Shown here one piece after another: positions 8,319 through 15,995 of a stretch of 18,603 nt of DNA. The notes beneath the pieces are model-generated. The model had not been told where the DNA came from. It worked only from the letters and a program-made list of their open reading frames with translations, and did no database searches. Positions within the stretch are counted from its first letter, which is position 1; each line of letters starts with the position of its first letter. The stretch comes from Chthoniobacteraceae bacterium (GTDB taxonomy: Bacteria; Verrucomicrobiota; Verrucomicrobiia; Chthoniobacterales; Chthoniobacteraceae): the NCBI GenBank assembly GCA_031409335.1, contig JANNWY010000294.1:1-18603 (forward strand). Direction: 5' to 3'. The position numbers were made by a program, and so were the translations under genes.

Positions 8319-10784
8319 TTATGCCATTCGCGCAGAGCGTCGCCTGTAACCGAGCAGGCCGAGCACACCGACTAGTAACAGGCTTACCGAGCCGGGCTCC
8401 GGCACGGTTGCGACAGTCAGACTCTGCGGTGCCATGCCTTCCGGTGCGAATCCCGCGCTGCCCGTCAGCGTCACCACGGCTCCGTTGCCGATGTTTAACG
8501 CCGCGAGCGTTTGGCTGGTGGTGAAGTTGACGATTGCGTTCGCGTTCACGGTGGAAGCTCCAGTTCCGAGCAAACTTTTCACGTTCGTCGTGCCGTCATT
8601 TGCGGTCAGCGTGCCGTAAGTCTGGCTGCCATCGAGTGTGAGCGCCCCAGTGCCTTGTTTGACCAAGGTGCCTGCTGCTCCGGTGATCGCGCCGGAGTAG
8701 GTCGTGGAAGTCGCATCCCCGACGGTGAGGGTATTTGTGCCGAGCGCCACGGTGCCGCCCGTCAGACCGCCGCCGTTGAGTGAGCCGATGGTTTCACTCG
8801 CATCCAATTGCAAGGTGGCGTTGGCAGCGTTGTCGATAAACACCGCTCCCGTATCGATAATCGCCGAGCCGCCCGCGACCACCAGCGTCCCGGCATTGAT
8901 CGCTGTGAGGCCGGTATAAGTGTTGGCCGCGTTGAGCGTGGTGGTGCCGGCACCGAATTGGGTAAAGCCACCCGTGCCGGTGATCGGCGCGCCGCTGAAG
9001 TGCGTGCCTTGAGACACCGCGTTGTTGCGCGCGACGGTGAAGGTGCCGTTGTTGACGATGGTGCTACTCGGTGAAAGCGAACCGGTCGCCCCGGTGTCGC
9101 CCAGTTGCAGAGTGCCGGCGCTGATGGTCGTGGTGCCGGTGTAGGTGTTGGCGCCGGATAATGTCTGGGTGCCGGTGCCGCTCTTGATGATGCCGAAAGC
9201 GCCAGTAATCACGCCGGAGAAAGTTGCGGAACCATCGTTGTTGCCCAGATCCAGAAACGACGTGGCTGCAGCTGTTGTAGAGAAAGTCTGGTTGTTGACC
9301 GTTCCGCCACCCAGCGTAGTGTTGGACAGTCCATTGATGGTTCGGGTTCCACCAGAATTCCCCAGCCCAATTGCAACAATACCGCGGGAATTCACGACGA
9401 GATTGCCTTTACCGGCTCCACTTGGAATGTTTGCGATATTATGCAGGATCCCATCATTAACGATGGTATCCCCGGTATACGAGAATGTGCCAGTGCCCAT
9501 GCTTAAGCCGCCGGTGCCAGCCTTGATCAAGCTCACGCTGGTGCCGCCGTTGTCTGTTACCCCGCCAACGATCGGCACAGCAAATCCGTTGTTATATTGC
9601 ACCGTGGCAATTTGCAGTTCGGAGGTCGCGGAGGTGAAAGTCATGTTTGCGACGACGTTGCCATTGGTGCTATTGCCAGAGAACAGCAACCCCCCGGAAC
9701 CCGGCACATAGGTGGCTCCGCTAGTGCCGCTTATCGTAGTAGTACCGCCATCCGTACGGGCAACAGCGATATCCAAGCTGTTAAGGCTTTGAGTCGTACT
9801 ACTCCCGTCAAACAATGTACCACCAGCGGTAGCTTGGTAGTTGGTAGTGCTGACGGTATCCGCATCAAGAGCAGCACCGACCGGGGTGGCACCCGTGTAA
9901 CGAACCACATTGTTCGAACCATCGAGGGTGGCAAAGCCGTAAGTTGTGGTAGAATCTCTGACGGTAGCGTAGCCGCCGATGATTGAGTTCGTGAGCGACG
10001 GAAGCGTTCCTGTTAAGTTAACGGTCTTTGCTGTTCCGTTAGCAGCGGACAAGTCGATCACGATGCTCGAATTAGAAGACGCCCTTGTCCAATCGGCGAG
10101 AGACAACGTCGTCGAGTTCGCGGCACCGTTGGGGGTGATGACGATTCTGCTACCACGGTTACCGAGCGTGAAGGTGCTCAGGGTTTGAGTTCCGTTGCCG
10201 AACACTTCAAGATTACTGCCGGCGAGATTGAGGGTATTCGAGGAATTCGCAACATTCGGCGAACCACCCAAGGTAAGACGCAATCCTCCTTGGCTGACGG
10301 TAAATCCCCCGGTGATGCCCTTGACACCACCCCCACCATCCAGATTCACCGTGCCTGCACCCGTCTTTGTGAAGCCGTTTGTGCCCGTAAGACTTGCAAA
10401 CAAAAGGGCGTTAAATCCGGACGAGACAGAAACGAAGGGATTCGTACCATCCAGCTTAACTCCGCCGAAGCTAATTACCCCGTTGACGCCGTTCCAGATG
10501 ATGCCATTGACGACAGGAGTTCCGCTGGTGCCGATATTCGCGTTAACACCGGAGTTGAATTGGGCAACATTGTTCGGGCCATTCGTCGCGTCCCAAGCAT
10601 TTCCGGTGACGCCGGTCCACTCGGTGTTAGCGGTAATGTCCCAAAAGCCATCACCACCAACACCGGTCCAAATCCCGGTGGCAGCGAAGAGTGACGGCGC
10701 GGAGAGCGACATTCCAGCAAGCGCCAGCAGGCGGGCGGAATTCCGGGCGAGGAATGAATTTGCTTTGAGGCGATTGTGTTTCAC
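8319..10784 (-). CDS. PEP-CTERM-anchored PATR (autotransporter-associated beta-strand repeat) surface protein, copy C (intact)
   Basis: Signal peptide, multiple PATR repeats, and the C-terminal exosortase sorting signal VPEPGSVSLLLVGVLGLLGYRRR. Confidence 0.92.
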   Translation of the reverse strand: MKHNRLKANSFLARNSARLLALAGMSLSAPSLFAATGIWTGVGGDGFWDITANTEWTGVTGNAWDATNGPNNVAQFNSGVNANIGTSGTPVVNGIIWNGVNGVISFGGVKLDGTNPFVSVSSGFNALLFASLTGTNGFTKTGAGTVNLDGGGGVKGITGGFTVSQGGLRLTLGGSPNVANSSNTLNLAGSNLEVFGNGTQTLSTFTLGNRGSRIVITPNGAANSTTLSLADWTRASSNSSIVIDLSAANGTAKTVNLTGTLPSLTNSIIGGYATVRDSTTTYGFATLDGSNNVVRYTGATPVGAALDADTVSTTNYQATAGGTLFDGSSTTQSLNSLDIAVARTDGGTTTISGTSGATYVPGSGGLLFSGNSTNGNVVANMTFTSATSELQIATVQYNNGFAVPIVGGVTDNGGTSVSLIKAGTGGLSMGTGTFSYTGDTIVNDGILHNIANIPSGAGKGNLVVNSRGIVAIGLGNSGGTRTINGLSNTTLGGGTVNNQTFSTTAAATSFLDLGNNDGSATFSGVITGAFGIIKSGTGTQTLSGANTYTGTTTISAGTLQLGDTGATGSLSPSSTIVNNGTFTVARNNAVSQGTHFSGAPITGTGGFTQFGAGTTTLNAANTYTGLTAINAGTLVVAGGSAIIDTGAVFIDNAANATLQLDASETIGSLNGGGLTGGTVALGTNTLTVGDATSTTYSGAITGAAGTLVKQGTGALTLDGSQTYGTLTANDGTTNVKSLLGTGASTVNANAIVNFTTSQTLAALNIGNGAVVTLTGSAGFAPEGMAPQSLTVATVPEPGSVSLLLVGVLGLLGYRRRSARMA

Positions 10785-10864
10785 AGGGTAGAGCTTGCGG
10801 ATGGTGTGTGGGTCGGAAACGGGAGCAACGAGACCGTTATCGCAGGGCCCGCCGGCGCTGTCTC

Positions 10865-10880
10865 TTATCCGACCGGATAA
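10865..10880. promoter_or_regulatory. Palindromic operator candidate TTATCCG-ac-CGGATAA between copy C and the divergent glycosidase
   Basis: Identical 16-mer to 2436-2451 and preceded by the same CGCTGTCT, although the rest of the intergenic region does not align with that of A. Confidence 0.7.
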
Positions 10881-10925
10881 TTCTTTTCCATCGGCCCTGT
10901 CGTCGCTCGCTGCTATGCACGTAGT

Positions 10926-13403
10926 ATGAAGTTTTTCTTCCTCCTTTCTGCTGTGGCGCTGTGGCTGCCGATGTTTGCAGCCGCGGAGCCCGACGGCCCG
11001 GCCGCCAAGTCACCTGAGATCGACTTGAGTCAGTTCCGCATGACGTTTAACGACGAGTTCGACGGCGACCAACTCGACACGACCAAATGGCAGGCACCCG
11101 AGATGCCCCGGCAAGGGAGTTCTCGCTGGGTGAAGTCACTTGTCTCGGTGCGCGATGGGGCGCTGCATCTGGGCATCCGACTCACAGACGATCCTGTGCT
11201 CCGATACGATTGCGCGGCGGTCCGGACGCAGCGGGACTACGACCCGTCGAAAACAATGTTCCAACAGCGATACGGCTACTTTGAGGCGCGGGCGAAGCTG
11301 CCGAAAAACTTGAAGGCCGACTATTGGGCGGCGTTCTGGATGATGTGCGGAAAGGTGAGCAGCGCCGACACGCGCGAAGGTCTGGAGACGGACATTTTGG
11401 AAAGTTTCCCGCTCGCATATAAGACCAAACTCGCGCTGGCGTTTCATTGGAACGGGTATGGCGAGAAGCACAATTCCACCGGCGTCGAACTCGCGCCGAC
11501 GCCGGAACTGCGTGATGGGGAGTTTCACCGATTCGGGCTGTATTGGGACGAGCACGTTTACGTGGCTTTCTACGATGGAAAGGAAATCGGCAGGACGGAT
11601 TTGATCGGTCTGGGGAAAAGCGATGGCGGCAAGACGCTGTCGCAAGGGCCGTGTCAAAAGCCCGGCTACTTGAAGCTGAGCTGCGAAGCCGCGCCGTGGG
11701 CGGGGGAGACCAATCAATGGGAAAAAGAGCTGACCAAGGAGGATGAGTTCGTGGTGGATTACGTCCGCGTTTATGAAGGGACACTGCCCGCGCCCGCAGC
11801 CAAGACCATTCCCGTGAGCATCCAAATTGATGCGGCAAAACCGACCGGCCCGCTCAAACCCATCTGGCGCTTCTTTGGCGCAGATGAGCCGAACTATGCT
11901 TACATGAAGCACGGCACCGAGCTGCTAGGTGAACTCGGTGAGCTGAAGAAGGACGAGGTGTTTTTCCGCACACATAGTTTGCTCACCACCGGCAAGGGCG
12001 AGCACGGATTGAAATGGGGCTCGACCAACGCCTACACGGAAGATGCGGCTGGAAATCCAGTCTATGATTGGACCATCGTGGACCGCATTTTTGACACCTA
12101 TCGCGACAAAGGCGTGCGGCCTTATGTGCAGATCGGCTTCATGCCGCAGGCGCTTTCGACGAAGCCGGAGCCGTATCGGCATCGCTTCCCGGACGCGAAG
12201 TATGAGGAGCTGTTTGGCGGCTGGGCGTATCCGCCAAAGGACTTCGCGAAGTGGGAAGAGCTGGTCTTTCAATGGGCAAAGCATTGCGCCGAGCGCTACG
12301 GCAGCGACGAGGTGCTGCGCTGGTATTGGCAGACGTGGAATGAGCCGAACATCGACTACTGGCGCGGCACGCGGGAGGAGTTCTTCAAGCTGCACGACCA
12401 CGCCATCCATGCGGTGCGTCGCGCCATTCCCGGCGCGAAGGTAGGCGGGCCGGATATTGCAGGCGGAAAGGGCGGCGGCTTCCTGGAGGCCTTTCTCAAT
12501 CACTGCCTCAAGGGCACGAACAAGGCCACGGGCGAAAAAGGCACGCCGCTCGATTTCATTTCGTTCCATGCGAAGGGCAGCCCGAAGCAGACCGACGGTC
12601 ATGTGCGCATGGGCATCGCCAATCAGCTCCGCGATATCGACGAAGCCTTCGCAGTGATCGCCAGTCATCCCGAGGTCAAAGCCAAGCCCATCGTCATCGG
12701 TGAGTCCGATCCCGATGGCTGCGCCGCGTGCAAGGGAGCGGACCGCGACTATCGAAACGGCACGATGTATTCCAGCTACACCGCTGCCAGCTTCCCGCGA
12801 AAACTCGACCTCGCCGAGAAGCATGGCGTGAATCTCGAAGGCGCGCTCACGTGGTCCTTCGAGTTCGAAGACCAGCCCTACTTCGCTGGCTTCCGCTCGC
12901 TCGCCACTAACGGCATCGACATGCCTGTCCTCAATGTCTTCCGCATGTTTGCCCGCATGCACGGCCAGCGCCTGCGCGTCGAGAGCGATGGCGCGGTGCC
13001 GCTCGATGATCTCTTGAAAACTGGCGTTCGCGAGAAGCCCGATGTCTCCGCGCTCGCCGCGCGCTCCGGAAAACGCATCACTGTCTTGGTCTGGCATTAC
13101 CATGATGCCGATGTCCCCGGAGACAGCGCAGCGATCACTCTCGATCTCACCGGCACTCCCGAAGGCAGCCCGAAGATCACCCGTACCCTCATTGATCAGA
13201 CGCACTCAAACTCCTTCACCGCCTGGCAAGCGATGGGCTCTCCACAAGGGCCGACCGTGGACCAGATCCGTGAGTTGGAAAAAGCCAGCCAACTCGCCCA
13301 CGCGACCGACAAGGCCGAAGTGAAATACGCCAACGCCCATTGCGAAATCACCTTCACCCTCGCCCGCCAAGGCGTGACCCTCGTGGAGTTGGAGTGGCCC
13401 TGA
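10926..13403 (+). CDS. Secreted bimodular glycoside hydrolase: GH16 domain plus GH39 (beta-xylosidase-like) domain
   Basis: Signal peptide. GH16 motifs FNDEFDG, YGYFEARAKLP, WAAFWM, ETDILE (ExDxxE), DYVRVY. Linker TLPAPAAKT. GH39 motifs FFGADEPNY, LKWGSTNAY, WNEPN (acid/base), IVIGESDP (nucleophile region). Confidence 0.9.
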   Translation: MKFFFLLSAVALWLPMFAAAEPDGPAAKSPEIDLSQFRMTFNDEFDGDQLDTTKWQAPEMPRQGSSRWVKSLVSVRDGALHLGIRLTDDPVLRYDCAAVRTQRDYDPSKTMFQQRYGYFEARAKLPKNLKADYWAAFWMMCGKVSSADTREGLETDILESFPLAYKTKLALAFHWNGYGEKHNSTGVELAPTPELRDGEFHRFGLYWDEHVYVAFYDGKEIGRTDLIGLGKSDGGKTLSQGPCQKPGYLKLSCEAAPWAGETNQWEKELTKEDEFVVDYVRVYEGTLPAPAAKTIPVSIQIDAAKPTGPLKPIWRFFGADEPNYAYMKHGTELLGELGELKKDEVFFRTHSLLTTGKGEHGLKWGSTNAYTEDAAGNPVYDWTIVDRIFDTYRDKGVRPYVQIGFMPQALSTKPEPYRHRFPDAKYEELFGGWAYPPKDFAKWEELVFQWAKHCAERYGSDEVLRWYWQTWNEPNIDYWRGTREEFFKLHDHAIHAVRRAIPGAKVGGPDIAGGKGGGFLEAFLNHCLKGTNKATGEKGTPLDFISFHAKGSPKQTDGHVRMGIANQLRDIDEAFAVIASHPEVKAKPIVIGESDPDGCAACKGADRDYRNGTMYSSYTAASFPRKLDLAEKHGVNLEGALTWSFEFEDQPYFAGFRSLATNGIDMPVLNVFRMFARMHGQRLRVESDGAVPLDDLLKTGVREKPDVSALAARSGKRITVLVWHYHDADVPGDSAAITLDLTGTPEGSPKITRTLIDQTHSNSFTAWQAMGSPQGPTVDQIRELEKASQLAHATDKAEVKYANAHCEITFTLARQGVTLVELEWP

Positions 13404-13449
13404 GCAATGTCAAGAAAGCCGGCGGCAGTCATGCGCACGACTGGGTTCC

Positions 13450-13940
13450 GGGCGCAGGCGTTGTTCACCAGCGCGCCGTTTCCGCCGACGCCCGTGCCTC
13501 TCACCGTCAGGATTTCCGTGCCGAGGTTCAGCGCGCCCGTGCCGAGCGCGGCATTGTTTTGCGCGATCACGGTGCCGCCGCTGATCGTCGCTGTTCCAGT
13601 GAAAGTATTCGCCGAGCTGACGACGGCGGTGCCGGCAAAGCTCGCATCGAAGGTGAGCCCGCCCGCACCATTTCCCGACGCGTCGGTCTGCCGGAAAGTG
13701 CCCGCGTCGATGAAAGACGCGTTGTTCACATCGTTCGCCACCGCGCCGAGCGCGAAAGTCGGCGCGCCCGTCAGCATCGTCGCGCCCAGGGCCACGGGTG
13801 CGGTCGTCCCCGTCGTATTTGCGCCTTTCGCAATGGTCAGCTTATTCGCGCCAATGCTCAGCGTGCCGAGCGAATGTGTGAGCGTGCTACCATTCACCGT
13901 GATGGTGCAGCTCGTCCCCGCCGCCGCGCCGAGCGTGCGA
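13450..13940 (-). pseudogene. Internal remnant of another PATR/beta-strand-repeat surface protein gene (boundaries approximate)
   Basis: THSLGTLSIGANKLT...SSANTFTGTATISGGTV...GTGVGGNGALVN. No signal peptide and no anchor; composition breaks down at both ends. Confidence 0.65.
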
Positions 13941-14215
13941 GCAGGATTCCAAGGAACTCACGAGCTACGGAATGAACCTGCACATTCACAAACCCGCGCA
14001 CCAAGGCGTCGCTGGACGGCGCGTGAAAACGCCCGATCTCTCCGTGGATTTCCACGTCTGGGGCTGCGATTTTTCACCGCGCGAAATCCGCAATTAAAGG
14101 CGTATCAGCGTTTGCCTCAAAATCGTCACCCTCCGGCATTCCACAGCGGCTCTGCATCGCACTCTTGGCTCTATGAAAAATCAAGCGGTGGATGTCACAT
14201 GCCACGCGCGGCGGC

Positions 14216-14497
14216 ATGGCCCGGCACAAGAACATCATCGGGCCGCAAATTCGCAAAATTCGATGTCAGCGAGGTCTGACGCAAAAGGCATTCGCCGCAA
14301 AACTCCAACTCGCCGGCTGGTGGATTGATCGGGCGGGTGTTTCAAAAATCGAATTGCGATTCGTGCGGGTGAACGACTACCGGCAACTCTATCTCGCCAG
14401 CGTTCTGGGCGTGAAACTGGCGGACTTGTTTCCGGCCATTGATCCGAAACTGCCGCTTGATGACGCGGTCAGCCAGTTGATGAAGAAACGGCGATAG
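14216..14497 (+). CDS. XRE-family HTH transcriptional regulator (paralog 1)
   Basis: KNIIGPQIRKIRCQRGLTQKAFAAKLQLAGWWIDRAGVSKIE. ATG 14192 is an alternative start. Confidence 0.85.
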   Translation: MARHKNIIGPQIRKIRCQRGLTQKAFAAKLQLAGWWIDRAGVSKIELRFVRVNDYRQLYLASVLGVKLADLFPAIDPKLPLDDAVSQLMKKRR

Positions 14498-14924
14498 CCA
14501 GCGGAGAGGTTTTCTTGCGAGAGCGGGCCGGAACGGTAGGATGACAGCTGCGAATACGATATGGATCACTCAATCGTTCTCTCGATTTTCAATTTCCTCA
14601 TTCCGTTCGGTTTTCTCGCCGCGATTTTCTTTGGGCTGCGTGCGCTTTTTGGACGGGGAAAAAAACGGGGCTGAACTTTCCGCAATCTTTTGCGCCGGAC
14701 GGGATGGAAAACGGCACGCCGGAATGGCCGGCGAAGCACGGCCGGGATCATCTCGCTCCACCCGCAATTCCACGCGACGACTTCGATTACCATCGAGCCG
14801 CCAACTACGTGCTCGATCGCAATTCGCCATATTCGATTCCAACGCCGCTCCGGCGCGACGATGGCGAATAGTGACTTCGCCGAACCAGCACGTCGAGTGA
14901 GCCAGAAACCCGGATCAAAAAAAT

Positions 14925-15152
14925 GTGCTCGGCCCGGCATTGAAAAATGTCCGCCTGTCTCGCGGATGGACGCCCGAGCAAATGGTGGCCGCGCTCCGCA
15001 GCGAAGGCTTGGCGTGCTCTCCGAGCAGGCTCGGCAAAATTGAGGCGCAGCGAGCAGTCATCAAAGATTTTCAAGTGCTCTACTTTTGCGCGGCGCTGGG
15101 CGTGACGCAGGAAGAGCTTTGGAAGCAGCGCGCCAGTTTGCTGCCGAACTGA
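14925..15152 (+). CDS. XRE-family HTH regulator (paralog 2); 5' end possibly frameshifted in an A7 run
   Basis: (KN)VLGPALKNVRLSRGWTPEQMVAALRSEG...LGKIEAQRAVIKDF aligns to paralogs 1, 3 and 4. Confidence 0.75.
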   Translation: MLGPALKNVRLSRGWTPEQMVAALRSEGLACSPSRLGKIEAQRAVIKDFQVLYFCAALGVTQEELWKQRASLLPN

Positions 15153-15185
15153 CAGGGCGTAGTCGCCGCGCACGTTTTGCATTTG

Positions 15186-15201
15186 GCTCCCAAATGGGAG
15201 C
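15186..15201. promoter_or_regulatory. Palindrome GCTCCC-aaat-GGGAGC upstream of the XRE3-XRE4-xis run
   Basis: Inverted repeat 35 bp upstream of ATG 15237. A 15/16 identical copy lies at 17692-17707. Confidence 0.45.
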
Positions 15202-15236
15202 TTCTGAAAATTTCGTTCGCCTTTGCTTGCGCCCAC

Positions 15237-15536
15237 ATGAGCGCAAAACACAAAAACGTCGTCGGGCCGCAAGTGAGGAAAAGGCGTTACAGCCTTGGTT
15301 TGAAGCAGGCCGACCCTGCCGCGAGATTGCAAATTCTTGGCTGGGAAATTGATCGCGCCGGAGTTTCCAAAATCGAAAGCCAGTTCATCTGGGTGAGCGA
15401 TTTTGAAATGCTCTGTCTCAGCGAGGCGTTGAAGATCGCCGTCACCAAACTTTTTCCTAACCTCGATCCGGCAAAGCGGCTGGACGAGAACATCACCAAG
15501 CTGCGCGCCAAACTTCCGAAGACGCCGAAAAGATGA
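15237..15536 (+). CDS. XRE-family HTH regulator (paralog 3)
   Basis: KNVVGPQVRKRRYSLGLKQAD...GWEIDRAGVSKIE; closest to paralog 1. Confidence 0.85.
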   Translation: MSAKHKNVVGPQVRKRRYSLGLKQADPAARLQILGWEIDRAGVSKIESQFIWVSDFEMLCLSEALKIAVTKLFPNLDPAKRLDENITKLRAKLPKTPKR

Positions 15537-15810
15537 AGCGAGCAACCCACTGCAATATCATCGGCCCGGTCGTGCGCGCTTTCGCAAACAACGCGGCTGG
15601 TCGCAGGCGAAACTCGCCAATCATCTGCAAAAGGCCGGCTGGAATATCAGCCGCAGCGGACTGGCGAAGGTCGAATGCCGGATGGTTTGGGTCGGAGATT
15701 TTGAACTGCTCTATTTCGTGAACGTGTTTGGCGTCGGCATCGGCCAGCTTTTCCCGAGCGTCACGAAAAACGCGCCCGTGCAGCCGATGATCGCGAAGCA
15801 TTCCGCATGA
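15533..15810 (+). pseudogene. XRE-family HTH regulator (paralog 4) with a 1-nt frameshift near 15575-15579
   Basis: MKRATHCNIIGPVVR continues in another frame as FRKQRGWSQAKLANHLQKAGWNISRSGLAKVECRMVWVGDFELLYF...HSA*. ATGA overlaps with both neighbouring genes. Confidence 0.85.
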
Positions 15811-15995
15811 AGAAGGATCGCTTCATCCCGCAGCAGGCGACCTACACGGCCAGGGAAGCCGCCGCCTACCTCAAAGTCAGCGAGCGGCAAATCCGCAATT
15901 TCATCACCCGTAAACTCCTGCGCAAAAGCAAGGCGCAGACAAAGACGCTCATTCCCGGCGAGGACGTGGAAACCCTCCTCGCGAGGACGAGTTGA
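15807..15995 (+). CDS. Excisionase-like small HTH DNA-binding protein (HTH_17/Xis)
   Basis: YTAREAAAYLKVSERQIRNFITRKLL; 62 aa, basic, adjacent to the integrase. Confidence 0.8.
   Translation: MKKDRFIPQQATYTAREAAAYLKVSERQIRNFITRKLLRKSKAQTKTLIPGEDVETLLARTS

Noticed and set aside
1760..10784. Diversity-generating retroelement (TR/VR) explanation for the paralogous repeats
   Set aside because: No reverse transcriptase in the window, and the differences include indels and non-adenine substitutions.
63..13205. Numerous opposite-strand ORFs overlapping the large genes (e.g. 1788..2480, 2880..3629, 9145..9711, 11925..13205)
   Set aside because: Shadow frames typical of GC-rich coding DNA, with no motifs.
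13407..14279. 290-aa plus-strand ORF
   Set aside because: Pro/Val/Ala-rich antisense shadow of the PATR remnant.
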